Source: Desulfurococcales archaeon
GTDB taxonomy: Archaea; Thermoproteota; Thermoprotei_A; Sulfolobales; WANQ01
DNA length: 64,000 nt
Reading direction: 5' to 3'
Assembly (NCBI GenBank): GCA_027030065.1
Contig: JALVFK010000132.1
Span: 8,977-72,976, forward strand
Shown here in pieces: positions 36,628-46,327 of this stretch. The notes under the pieces were generated by a model, which was given only the letters and a program-made list of their open reading frames with translations, was not told the origin of the DNA and made no database searches. Within the stretch, counting starts at the first letter, position 1. Every line of letters begins with the position of its first letter. Both the position numbers and the translations under genes were made by a program.

Positions 36628-38311
36628 AATAATAATAAAGCTTATTGGAAACATCTATGTAGTTGCAGTAGTACTAATAGTAGCCTTAGCTATATTTTCA
36701 TCATCACTATATATTTCAACTGGTTATAGCATAATTAAGACTGTACTAGATATAGTGGAGGGACCTATTAAGCTTCCTCGAATAGTTAATAGAAATGCCT
36801 TAAGTATATATACGAGTAGAATACCCGTAATAGCTCTCACTCCCCTTTACAATATATCGAGTAACGCGGGTTTTTTCGCTTCAATAACAATAGCTTCGTC
36901 ACACAATAAGCTCCTCATAGTATTGGGATTAGATGAAAAAGGATACGGTGCTCTAGGATTATCTAATTATACTGGCAAAATAATACTAGGTCATAAGCTC
37001 GCCAAACGACTAGGAGTAAATAGTCCGAATAGACTATTGTTACTTAATGGTATATTAGCTAAAAGCCACGTAATAGTTAGAATAGATGCTATACTAGAGA
37101 TGCCGGATAGGTTAAATGAAGTACTTATAGCTCCTCTTAGTCTATCTCAAGAGCTTCAACAGAGACCGTTTAGTGTAGTTTCTGCTTTCTATATACTTGA
37201 TGATAAAATACTAGACTATATTAATAAGTTCTACAAGGTTTATATATCTATTCCTCAAAGCGGTATACTACAGATATTTTCAATAGACGGCAAGCTACTC
37301 TACAATAGAACGGTTAGAGGATCAATAGAACTACGGCTACCCCTAGGATACTACATAGTTATCTTTAACAATGGTAAGGATAGAGTTATAAGTAATGTAG
37401 TTCCATTATTTAAAGATACGTCTTTAAATATATACCTGCTTAATGCCAGTAAGTGGGCTCGAATATTTTTCCTAGATGGAGAGACGCAAGCAAATGTTAT
37501 ACATAATCTTCGCGAAGAAAAAGAATTGAATTACATAGTATTCTACGCAGAACAAGGTAAAAATACAATAGTATTGAATAATAGTGTATATAGAGATATT
37601 ATTGTAAGAGCAGATACAATAATATCTGCAGAGGCTATTAGATCATTAACTCCGAGAACATGTATTCAAATAAAATATTGGAATGGCACACCCTATACTG
37701 GTTTAATCGAAATAGATTACAGAGAAAAAGCATACATACTCGATGTTAATAAGGGAATGATTTGTAGCTATATTTCTAATTACAAGCTGAGACTATTATC
37801 GGTATCTGGAGAAATAACATATGCTATTGAAAAACCATCCAATAAGACCATTATCATCCCCCCTCATAGACTATTAGCTAGGGTACCCGTAGACTTATTG
37901 CTAAGCTATCTATCTAGTAAAACCATCATAGAAAGTATTATAGGAATTCTTGGTTCAAGCATGATTCTTATACTAGCCGTTCTCATGGCGTATTCTATTC
38001 TAATAATACCATTGCCTTACATAATAGTTGACAATATTTTCAATGAGATATTTAATAAGATAATGAAATTAAAGTATCTTGGAGCAGATGAAGAAAGAAT
38101 TACTAGGTTAGTAGCGAGAACAGTCTTTATAATAATGATTTCATCCATTATAGTTTCTGCAGTTCTCTCCTTATTGTCAATAGTATTAGCTAAACTAAAT
38201 GCTCTGCTACTAGTTTATGAGTTAGACATAAATGATACTATAGTAACAATGGTAAACATTGGTGTTGGTATAGTATATTTAATTATAACGTATATGAGAG
38301 TCCATAGGTAG
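36611..38311 (+). CDS. FtsX/MacB-type ABC permease-like protein with ~400-aa extracytoplasmic domain
   Basis: TM1, a large external domain, then 3 TM helices. The cytoplasmic loop KIMKLKYLGADEERITRLV resembles the FtsX-domain loop. Confidence 0.5.
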   Translation: MLRQAKIIIKLIGNIYVVAVVLIVALAIFSSSLYISTGYSIIKTVLDIVEGPIKLPRIVNRNALSIYTSRIPVIALTPLYNISSNAGFFASITIASSHNKLLIVLGLDEKGYGALGLSNYTGKIILGHKLAKRLGVNSPNRLLLLNGILAKSHVIVRIDAILEMPDRLNEVLIAPLSLSQELQQRPFSVVSAFYILDDKILDYINKFYKVYISIPQSGILQIFSIDGKLLYNRTVRGSIELRLPLGYYIVIFNNGKDRVISNVVPLFKDTSLNIYLLNASKWARIFFLDGETQANVIHNLREEKELNYIVFYAEQGKNTIVLNNSVYRDIIVRADTIISAEAIRSLTPRTCIQIKYWNGTPYTGLIEIDYREKAYILDVNKGMICSYISNYKLRLLSVSGEITYAIEKPSNKTIIIPPHRLLARVPVDLLLSYLSSKTIIESIIGILGSSMILILAVLMAYSILIIPLPYIIVDNIFNEIFNKIMKLKYLGADEERITRLVARTVFIIMISSIIVSAVLSLLSIVLAKLNALLLVYELDINDTIVTMVNIGVGIVYLIITYMRVHR

Positions 38312-38323
38312 GGTGGAGATTAT

Positions 38324-39826
38324 TTGAGAGTAAAGATCATCATATATTCTCTTGGACTTGCGTTAATAGCGGTATTTGCTCCACTTGTAATCTATGGCGC
38401 TCCTCCTTTTCCGGATACATGGATTCATTTAAGTATTGCACGTGAATCACTTAAGGGACTCCGTGTCCCATTATTTAAGTCTTATAATACTGATTGGCCC
38501 TTAGTTAACATAGTCATAGTATTAGCTTCAATAGTAACTGGCTTAGAGCCGCTAGATATAGTGCCTATAATGTTTTTCTTAAATGCCTTATCAATAGTAC
38601 CAGTTATGATGTTAGTCTATCGTTGGAGTACAGCAAAGACCTCCAGTACAACCTATTTGTCGATGGCTGCTATTCTTGTATTTGAGGTATCAATGTTTAC
38701 GTTAATAGCTAGTGTTCAAAAAGAGTCTTCAGTACTATTAATCGCAAATACTATACTGTACATAACGTTATCGGGTAATCGTAGAGCTTCTATACTTCTA
38801 CCTCTCCTCATTACCACTATGGCATTGGGACATCATTACTATTCTCTCTATATATTATTATTTTTCATTACATTATTCTTATATGATATATTGTCGAATC
38901 TGGTAAATAATGAGAAAACGTATACTCTAGAATTACCTAGGAGAGTTCTAGTAACCATAATACTCAGTCTTATCTTCTTAATAGCGTATGAGAATGTTGT
39001 TGGATCCCTGCACCTTAAACGGTTCCTAGGATATTCTTTCTCTATCCAAGATTATCTGATTTTATTATCTGCCTTTATAGTGGTTTTCATCGGTATCTAT
39101 AAGAGAAGAAATACTACGGTAAGACCACTATCTCAAGTAATAATATTTGCTATGGTACTGGGAGTGTATTATTTAATGCGTTCGGGTAGCCTGTTGCCAA
39201 TGCAATATGGGTTAAGCTTTCAATTACCTGAATTAATAATAATTTCCGGGTACTTGTTGTTAATGTTAAATGTATTTCAAGTAAAAAACACGCAAGCTGA
39301 GCGTGCACTAATACCGGGAATAGCATTACTGGTGTATAGCTTCTTTACAGTGCAATTCGCGGGTGGAATAACTTTAACAGTTAAGGCGATCCGTAAAATA
39401 GTTCCCGCAATGATTTTACAAGTATCAATTAAGCCTGTTAGAAAACTCCTAATACCAGCATCAATATCTATGGTTTTAACATTAATTCTCTTCATCCTAG
39501 GGTACCCGCTTGTGGGAGGACCCAGTATATATACGTACAATGAAGTACTGTCAACACAATACTTCGCCTATAAGATGCACGAGGTTAACACTATACCCGA
39601 GATATACGGTTCCTGGAGATTCGTTGAAATGTCTAAATATTTTGGAATTAATGCTTCTATACTTAGTCCCTACTTTAAACCGTCTGGTGGACTTGTTGTT
39701 TTCATGGAAGGAGATATTAAGAGAGGCTTTCTCTCAACATCATGGTACCTGTTATACAATGTGAAAAACTTACCACACGGACACGATCTTATATATAATT
39801 CCCGCTATTTGCTTGTTTATAGGTGA
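38324..39826 (+). CDS. Large polytopic membrane protein (GT-C-like or polymerase-like, unassigned)
   Basis: 500 aa, more than 12 hydrophobic helices, located between the permease and ATPase genes. Confidence 0.4.
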   Translation: MRVKIIIYSLGLALIAVFAPLVIYGAPPFPDTWIHLSIARESLKGLRVPLFKSYNTDWPLVNIVIVLASIVTGLEPLDIVPIMFFLNALSIVPVMMLVYRWSTAKTSSTTYLSMAAILVFEVSMFTLIASVQKESSVLLIANTILYITLSGNRRASILLPLLITTMALGHHYYSLYILLFFITLFLYDILSNLVNNEKTYTLELPRRVLVTIILSLIFLIAYENVVGSLHLKRFLGYSFSIQDYLILLSAFIVVFIGIYKRRNTTVRPLSQVIIFAMVLGVYYLMRSGSLLPMQYGLSFQLPELIIISGYLLLMLNVFQVKNTQAERALIPGIALLVYSFFTVQFAGGITLTVKAIRKIVPAMILQVSIKPVRKLLIPASISMVLTLILFILGYPLVGGPSIYTYNEVLSTQYFAYKMHEVNTIPEIYGSWRFVEMSKYFGINASILSPYFKPSGGLVVFMEGDIKRGFLSTSWYLLYNVKNLPHGHDLIYNSRYLLVYR

Positions 39827-40490
39827 TTTAATGGTTAAGACTATTGTAGTTGAAGATTTGTGGAAAACATATCGTTTAAGGAATCTAGTAATACAAGTAT
39901 TAAGAGGTATTTCCTTCAACGTAGAGGATCAAACCGTAACATGCATTATCGGTCCGAATGGAGCGGGAAAGACGACTCTTCTCAAAATAATAGCTGGCTT
40001 CATAGAAGCTGATAGAGGAAAAGTATTGGTGTTTGGTAAGAGTCCCCGAGACGCGAGTATAAGGAGACTAATAGGCTATATGCCTCAAGAGGATATATTG
40101 TTCGATTCTCTTACATTTGCTGAACATTTAGAGTTATTAAAGAATACAAGGGAGGGGATTATAGTAGACTTAGAATTCGTTTACAGCCTTTTAGAAAAAG
40201 TGGGATTAAATAAAGTACTACAGTTAAACATTGGTAAACTTAGTGGAGGACAACGTAGACTGATGCAGATGATTTTAACTATCTCACATAAACCCGAAAT
40301 AATATTACTTGATGAACCAATAGCTTTTGTAGATAAAGAGAACAGAGAGACTATACTGGAGATCATACGCAAACTTGTTGATGAAAATGGTTCTACAATA
40401 CTAATTGCATCTCATGACCCGTATGCGTGCTCCATAGCTAATAGAGTACTTGAGCTACGTGATGGTTTAATTAAAGAGGTTAAGGTTTAG
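39813..40490 (+). CDS. ABC transporter ATP-binding protein
   Basis: Walker A GPNGAGKTT, signature LSGGQRRL, Walker B ILLDEP, H-loop ASHD. Confidence 0.9.
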   Translation: MFIGDLMVKTIVVEDLWKTYRLRNLVIQVLRGISFNVEDQTVTCIIGPNGAGKTTLLKIIAGFIEADRGKVLVFGKSPRDASIRRLIGYMPQEDILFDSLTFAEHLELLKNTREGIIVDLEFVYSLLEKVGLNKVLQLNIGKLSGGQRRLMQMILTISHKPEIILLDEPIAFVDKENRETILEIIRKLVDENGSTILIASHDPYACSIANRVLELRDGLIKEVKV

Positions 40491-41442
40491 GAGGTTCTAT
40501 TTTCTTCAAAGCCTCGTCAACGATATCCTCAACTCTAGCTCCTTCTAGCTCGGCTTCAGGTTTAAGTTTTATTCTATGGATTAATACTTCCTTTGCAAAG
40601 CGTTTTACATCATCGGGTATTACATAGTCTCTATTCTTTAGAAAGGCATAGGCTCTAGCAGCCTTATATAACGCTATAGAGGCTCTTGGACTAGGTCCTA
40701 ATAGGACGTATTCGTGGCTACGTAAGTAGCTTATAATATTCATTATATAGTTTAAGATGTTATCATCAACATAAACTGTCTGCTTTATAATCCTTATTAA
40801 ATGAGCTATTTCATCAGTTGTAGTAACCGCTTCTATTGGTAATTCTTCAATATAGTCTATTTTCTTTAAGATCTCTACTTCTTCACGTGGATCTGGATAA
40901 TCACTCCATATACGTAGCATGAACCTATCAACTTGTACCTCGGCTAAGGGGTATATCCCGGTTCCAAGTGTTAATGGTATCTGAGTTGCAATTATCATAA
41001 ACGGGTAGGGTAGCTTGTGTACAATACCGTCTATTGTTACTTGGCGTTCCTGCATAGCCTCGAGTAGTGCAGCTTGAGTTCTCGGTGTCGCTCTGTTAAG
41101 TTCATCAGCGACCACTATATTTGCAAATACCGGGCCAGGCCTAAATATTGATTCACCATGTATTGTGTAAACATAGTATCCCGTAACGTCTGTTGGTAGA
41201 ACATCCGGTGTGAACTGAATTCTCTTATACTCGCCCCTAATGGTTCTAGCCAATGATTTAGCTAATAGTGTTTTCGCTGTACCAGGGTAACCTTCTATTA
41301 ATACGTGTCCTTCACTAAGTAATGCTACAAGAAGGCTTTCTATTAAATCATTTTTTCCTACTACAACCTTTTTGAGTTCTCTTACTATTTTTATCGGTAC
41401 TTCACTGAGATCATCCTTATCCTTATAAGAGATACTCGACAC
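40480..41442 (-). CDS. MoxR-family AAA+ ATPase (solitary)
   Basis: GYPGTAKT (Walker A), [37 protein letters not shown] start preceded by gaggag. Confidence 0.9.
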   Translation of the reverse strand: MSSISYKDKDDLSEVPIKIVRELKKVVVGKNDLIESLLVALLSEGHVLIEGYPGTAKTLLAKSLARTIRGEYKRIQFTPDVLPTDVTGYYVYTIHGESIFRPGPVFANIVVADELNRATPRTQAALLEAMQERQVTIDGIVHKLPYPFMIIATQIPLTLGTGIYPLAEVQVDRFMLRIWSDYPDPREEVEILKKIDYIEELPIEAVTTTDEIAHLIRIIKQTVYVDDNILNYIMNIISYLRSHEYVLLGPSPRASIALYKAARAYAFLKNRDYVIPDDVKRFAKEVLIHRIKLKPEAELEGARVEDIVDEALKKIEPPKP

Positions 41443-41508
41443 CTCCTCGGGTTGTAGAGCGTTAGGGATAATTATAAAAGTTATAATGCTTATCAGAGAC
41501 TACATTAT

Positions 41509-42411
41509 CTAGATTACTTGTTTTCTAGCTAGGTCGTTTTTCAATAGATCTAAGGCTATGTATGTATCGTAAAAGGGGGTTTTTAGCAGTCTTTTAGCTT
41601 TGTCCGTATTGAGGCTGGAGTCTCTAGGTCTTTTCGCCTTCCAGTGCTTCATATCTTTTATTGATGCTTTATGTATCTTATCTTTGGGTAGGTTTAGGGT
41701 TTCCGCTATTTTTACTGCGAACTCGTATCTATTCATCCGCTCGCCTGCTACATGTAGGATCCCCATAGGCTTCATGTCTATTATCTCTATGATAGCTTCT
41801 GCGAGAAGAGTGTTAAGCGTTGGTGATACGTATTGGTCTGTAAGAGCGTATACTTCTTCTCCTCTAAGTAATTTCTCTATTACGTATTCCGCGAAGCTCT
41901 TTTTGCTTCCACCTATACCATATATAGCGCTTGGCCTAACTATAGTGTATAGTAAGTCGCTTGAACGTACCAGTTCTTCTCCTATGAGCTTTGTTAGTCC
42001 ATAATAGTTTATGGGGTTGGGTAGATCTCTTTCCGTATATAATCCCTTTTCCCCATCAAATACATAGTCTGTTGAAACATATACTATATAGGATTTCACT
42101 ACTTTTGCGGCTCTCACAATGCTTCGTGTTGCCTCAACATTTATTCTCCACGCCTTCTCTTTATTTACTTCACATTCATCTACATTCGTCAATGCGGCAG
42201 TATGTATTATTACATCAGGACTATTCTTCATTATTAGGTCTTCTAGTTCTATAGTCTTTGAAATGTCTAAGCGTATTGTGAGAATATTGGGTGAGCGTGG
42301 TGTTATCGGGTTTCTATTATATATTGCTATTACTTTATCTTTTCGTTTCTCCAGGTTCTCTAGGATCTTCTGGCCTAGTAAGCCGCTGGCACCAGTCAAC
42401 ATTATCGTCAT
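41509..42411 (-). CDS. rmlD: dTDP-4-dehydrorhamnose reductase
   Basis: LTGASGLLGQ Rossmann motif, STDYVFDG, YGLTKLIGE (YxxxK). 300 aa. Confidence 0.85.
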   Translation of the reverse strand: MTIMLTGASGLLGQKILENLEKRKDKVIAIYNRNPITPRSPNILTIRLDISKTIELEDLIMKNSPDVIIHTAALTNVDECEVNKEKAWRINVEATRSIVRAAKVVKSYIVYVSTDYVFDGEKGLYTERDLPNPINYYGLTKLIGEELVRSSDLLYTIVRPSAIYGIGGSKKSFAEYVIEKLLRGEEVYALTDQYVSPTLNTLLAEAIIEIIDMKPMGILHVAGERMNRYEFAVKIAETLNLPKDKIHKASIKDMKHWKAKRPRDSSLNTDKAKRLLKTPFYDTYIALDLLKNDLARKQVI

Positions 42412-42414
42412 ACT

Positions 42415-43416
42415 CTATCTCCTCCATGGAGTTTCTACCGAGAAATATTTATCTGAAAGTAAAGGTTTCCACCACCACTCATTACTTATATACCATTCAA
42501 TAGTTTTCCTAATCCCCTCCTCCCATGGTGTTTTCGGTTTCCAGCCGAGAGCTAGTATTTTATCTCCTCTCATAGCGTATCTCCTATCATGCCCTGGTCT
42601 ATCCTCTACGTGTTTGATTAAGCTTAGGGGCTTGTTCATAGCCTTTAGTATTGTTTTAACTACTTCTAGGTTTGTTTTCTCATTGAATCCCGGTATATTA
42701 TAGGCTTCTCCCTTCTTCCCTTTAAATATAACTATTTCAACGGCTCGTGCGAAATCCTCCACGTATAACCAGTCTCTTACCTGGTCTCCTCTACCGTATA
42801 TCGGGATACTGTAACCATAGAGTGCGCGTATAATTGTCTTAGGTATTAGTTTTTCTGGAAACTGGTAGGGACCATAATTATTTGAAGGCCTCAATATTAT
42901 TACTGGTAAACCATATGTCCTATGATAGGATTGTGCTAGTAGATCCCCTGAAGCCTTACTCGCGGAGTAGGGGCTACTAGGTTTGAAGGGGGATTCTTCT
43001 GTTGCTGGTGGTTTTCCCTCCATGTCTCCGTAGACTTCATCTGTTGAGATATGTATTATTAGGGGGATGTCTTGCTTTCTCGCAGTCTCTAATACTACAA
43101 ATGCTCCAAATACATTGGTTTTGAGAAAGGGTGCTGGCTCATTAATACTTCTATCAACATGTGTTTCTGCAGCAAAATTGACTACAACATCTGGTTTAAA
43201 ATCCCTCACCGTCTCCTGGAATTGTCCTTCATCACATATATCGCCCTTAACGAGGCGTACACGCTTACCATCCAGGATATCTTCTATATTCTCTACTCTA
43301 CCAGCATATGTTAACTTATCATATACCAGTATTTCGGCATCGCTATGCTTTCCTACTATGTATCTTACAAAATTAGATCCCATGAAGCCAGCTCCACCAG
43401 TTATAAGAAAACGCAT
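42415..43416 (-). CDS. rmlB: dTDP-glucose 4,6-dehydratase
   Basis: ITGGAGFMGSNF, ISTDEVYG, YSASKASGDLL. 333 aa. Confidence 0.9.
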   Translation of the reverse strand: MRFLITGGAGFMGSNFVRYIVGKHSDAEILVYDKLTYAGRVENIEDILDGKRVRLVKGDICDEGQFQETVRDFKPDVVVNFAAETHVDRSINEPAPFLKTNVFGAFVVLETARKQDIPLIIHISTDEVYGDMEGKPPATEESPFKPSSPYSASKASGDLLAQSYHRTYGLPVIILRPSNNYGPYQFPEKLIPKTIIRALYGYSIPIYGRGDQVRDWLYVEDFARAVEIVIFKGKKGEAYNIPGFNEKTNLEVVKTILKAMNKPLSLIKHVEDRPGHDRRYAMRGDKILALGWKPKTPWEEGIRKTIEWYISNEWWWKPLLSDKYFSVETPWRR

Positions 43417-43434
43417 GATTTCATCTCCCTACGA

Positions 43435-44517
43435 TTATATTTCTACGACTGCGTTTTCGCCTATTATTAGCCGATATCCTCTCGGCTTCTTTTCCTTTCT
43501 TTGTATAACTGTATTAGAGCCTATTAAGGAATCCACTATTCTTTGTTCAAGGGTTTCAAGTACAACGTTATCCATTAAGACACTGTTTTCTAATTCAACA
43601 TTAGATATTCGGCAATTATCACCTATACTAGTATATGGTCCAATGTATACTCCTGGACCTATTACGTTGTTCTCTCCTATATAGGCTGGACCCCTTATGA
43701 CTGAGTCTATTATCTTAGTATTCCTGCCTATGTATACTCTTCCTTCAATTCTAGTCTTATCGTCTATCTCCCCCTTTATTGTTTTCTCCTTATACTTGTA
43801 GTCTAAAAGTAGTCTATTTGCTTCCAATATGTCTTCAGGTGTGCCAGTATCCTTCCACCATCCCCGTACGATAGCATACTCTACTCTTAATCCTCGATCC
43901 AATAGCTTTTGGATAGCATCAGTTATTTCTAGTTCGCCACGCCAGCTGGGCTTCAGCTCCTCTATTACCTTAAATATGTATGGTGGTCTAAAGAAGTATA
44001 TTCCGACTAAAGCATAGTTACTTGGAGGATGCTTCGGTTTCTCAACTAGTCTTCGCAACTTCCCTTCTCCGTCGAATTCGGCAACCCCGAATCTCTGGGG
44101 GTCCGGTACTCTAGTCAACAATATCATAGCGGCAGCATCTGTTTCCTCTAAGAACTTTTTAACATAGTTACTTATGCCTTCAACTAGAACGTTGTCTCCG
44201 AGATATACTACAAAGGGCTCGTCTCCTACGTAGTCTTTTGTAATATATACGGCATGGGCAAGACCGTAGGGGTAACCCTGGTAAATATATGTTAGCCGCA
44301 TGCCTAGCCTACTACCATCACCGTAGTACTCTACTACTCGCTCGGGAGCTAATTCGCCTAAAATTATTGCCACACTCCTTACACCACTATCACGTAAGTC
44401 CTCTAATGCCCATTGGCTAACGGGTTTACCAGCAATCCTAATCAACTGTTTCGGACCAGTATGTGTTAACGGTCTTAACCTCGTACCAAAACCTCCATGT
44501 AAGAGTACGCCCTTCAA
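43435..44517 (-). CDS. rmlA: Glucose-1-phosphate thymidylyltransferase (long form with C-terminal beta-helix)
   Basis: LLHGGFGTRLRPLTHTGPKQL. The C-terminal part has hexapeptide-like repeats (IGENNVIGPGVYIGPYTSIGDNCRI). Confidence 0.85.
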   Translation of the reverse strand: MKGVLLHGGFGTRLRPLTHTGPKQLIRIAGKPVSQWALEDLRDSGVRSVAIILGELAPERVVEYYGDGSRLGMRLTYIYQGYPYGLAHAVYITKDYVGDEPFVVYLGDNVLVEGISNYVKKFLEETDAAAMILLTRVPDPQRFGVAEFDGEGKLRRLVEKPKHPPSNYALVGIYFFRPPYIFKVIEELKPSWRGELEITDAIQKLLDRGLRVEYAIVRGWWKDTGTPEDILEANRLLLDYKYKEKTIKGEIDDKTRIEGRVYIGRNTKIIDSVIRGPAYIGENNVIGPGVYIGPYTSIGDNCRISNVELENSVLMDNVVLETLEQRIVDSLIGSNTVIQRKEKKPRGYRLIIGENAVVEI

Positions 44518-44641
44518 AGAAGCACCCTTTAGAGCTACTGTTACTGTAACGTAGACTGAGAAACCGTCCTATATAATAGTTATATAGTGTTCCCAGCTGG
44601 CTATGAGATATCATAGGGTTGTTTTCCTCCTTTGAGCTACA

Positions 44642-44649
44642 TTTAAATA
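44642..44649 (+). promoter_or_regulatory. TATA-box-like element (tttaaata) upstream of the surface-protein/protease operon
   Basis: Lies 36-43 nt upstream of ATG 44685. gaggtg at 44675-44680 is complementary to the 16S 3' end. Confidence 0.3.
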
Positions 44650-44684
44650 CTGTTACCCTTATCTACAATTATTAGAGGTGTTCT

Positions 44685-45320
44685 ATGGAAGTGCTATCTA
44701 AGAGTAGTCTAACTAAACCGCTAATACTGTTAGTGTTATTGGCTCCAGTTGCTTCAGCGGTTACTTTGATAGCGTATTGGGTTTATATTAGTAATTGGCA
44801 GGGAGAGGAGTGGTGGTTTGCTCCATTAGAGGTTAATGCTACGTATAATGCTACGTCGCTACGTGTTGGTCAAGTACTAAATATAACCATTACTGCAAGA
44901 TATCCTTTGCCTTGGGAGTACTTGAATATAACGCCTTCGAGTTATACTATTAGTGGCCCCTACTATGATCCTGTGAATGAGTACTGGTATTATAATGGAA
45001 CGTTTTATCCTAATAGTACTGCTCAAGCTAATGGTTGGTGGTATAATTTCACAGTGCCTAAGAACATGTCCTTCAAGGTCATTGTAGCAGTATACTATGT
45101 TCAGAGCGGCGCCAACATGTTGTATTGGTATGGTACTATAAATGATTCCATAGAGTTCAATGAGACGAAGACTCTTGGAAGCTTTGCTATAAGACTAGTG
45201 TTGGCCGGAAACTATGTTGTAAAAGTCTTCGTGTGGACTGATTATCCAAGCAAGGCTACAACGCTTTGGGCACCACTTGTAGTGACTCCTCCAAAACAAA
45301 TCATAATTGTAACGGGGTGA
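44685..45320 (+). CDS. Secreted, sequon-rich protein of unknown family
   Basis: N-terminal hydrophobic segment, at least 10 N-x-S/T sequons, Trp/Tyr-rich. Confidence 0.5.
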   Translation: MEVLSKSSLTKPLILLVLLAPVASAVTLIAYWVYISNWQGEEWWFAPLEVNATYNATSLRVGQVLNITITARYPLPWEYLNITPSSYTISGPYYDPVNEYWYYNGTFYPNSTAQANGWWYNFTVPKNMSFKVIVAVYYVQSGANMLYWYGTINDSIEFNETKTLGSFAIRLVLAGNYVVKVFVWTDYPSKATTLWAPLVVTPPKQIIIVTG

Positions 45321-45324
45321 TGGA

Positions 45325-46311
45325 GTGTTGAGGAAGGCTGTCTTCATGTTATTAATAATATTACCACTATTACTAGCTCCTTTATCATCGGCACTTCAAG
45401 TAAAGGTTGAGATAGAACAGCTAGGTTACATTAAGATGTATATTTACGATATAGCGCCAGGGAGTATAGTTGGAGTAGAGATAAGATATAATGGGAGCAT
45501 AATATGGCTTGACCAGCAAATAGCTAATGCTAGTGGAGTAGCCGAAACATCCTTCTACGTTCCACCCTATGTGCCACAGGGCGAGATACTTAATGTTACG
45601 ATAGCGGTTGTGAGTCCCGGCGACACCTATGCCGACTACATAAACTTTTACCTAGTAGCAGTAGGGCCAAAATACTATACGATAACTCTATTATCAACAA
45701 CTACCCAAACCCAGACAGTAACAAGTACCGTTACTGAGACTACAACAGAGACAACAACAACTACCGAGACCACGACACAGACAGAAACAGTTACTGAAAC
45801 CCAAACAGTAACCACTACAGCCGTAGTTACTGAAACCCAGACTCTAACCAAGACCTACACAACCACACAAGTATCAACAACTACCACTACAACAGAAGTC
45901 CCAGTAACAACAACTGTAGTCGTAACTAGTCCAACCACAACAACCCTAACAATCACAAACACTACCACCGTGACAACAGAGATACCGGTCACTGAGACAC
46001 TAACACTTACAACAACTTATACTACTACAACTGAGAAGACTATTACATCAACTATCCAGGTACCCGTAACAAAGGTTGAGACACAAACCCTAACATATAC
46101 AACAACTATACCAACAACTATAACGAGTACGACAACACTTGCTAAGACGACTACGGTATCAACAACTTATACTACAGTATCACCAACAACACTCACAGAG
46201 ACCGCTACGATAACCCAGCAAGTAACACCTGGATGGGCTTGGGGAGCAATAGTGGTAGCAGTTATTGGTCTCGCATTAGCTGGCTTCTTCGCGTTTAGAA
46301 CAAAATCCTAG
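45325..46311 (+). CDS. Surface protein: signal peptide, ~100-aa globular domain, ~180-aa Thr-rich stalk, C-terminal PGW-TM-basic tripartite signal
   Basis: C-terminus ...QQVTPGWAWGAIVVAVIGLALAGFFAFRTKS. The stalk is dominated by T-x-T repeats. Confidence 0.6.
   Translation: MLRKAVFMLLIILPLLLAPLSSALQVKVEIEQLGYIKMYIYDIAPGSIVGVEIRYNGSIIWLDQQIANASGVAETSFYVPPYVPQGEILNVTIAVVSPGDTYADYINFYLVAVGPKYYTITLLSTTTQTQTVTSTVTETTTETTTTTETTTQTETVTETQTVTTTAVVTETQTLTKTYTTTQVSTTTTTTEVPVTTTVVVTSPTTTTLTITNTTTVTTEIPVTETLTLTTTYTTTTEKTITSTIQVPVTKVETQTLTYTTTIPTTITSTTTLAKTTTVSTTYTTVSPTTLTETATITQQVTPGWAWGAIVVAVIGLALAGFFAFRTKS
45688..46227 (+). repeat. Thr-codon (ACN) low-complexity coding region
   Basis: In-frame runs of aca/act/acc/acg alternating with gta/gag/cag codons. 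There is no fixed repeat unit. Confidence 0.7.
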
Positions 46312-46327
46312 TCTAGGGTGAGAACAC

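Noticed and set aside
41600-43684. Several plus-strand ORFs (134, 87, 194, 70 and 205 aa) across rmlD/rmlB/rmlA
   Set aside because: They are antisense to three genes with unambiguous SDR and nucleotidyltransferase motifs, and their products are Ser/Leu-rich low complexity.
45688-46227. Repetitive ACN-rich DNA considered as a tandem repeat or CRISPR-like array
   Set aside because: It has no constant repeat unit or repeat-spacer periodicity. It is in frame within a single ORF and simply encodes a Thr-rich linker.
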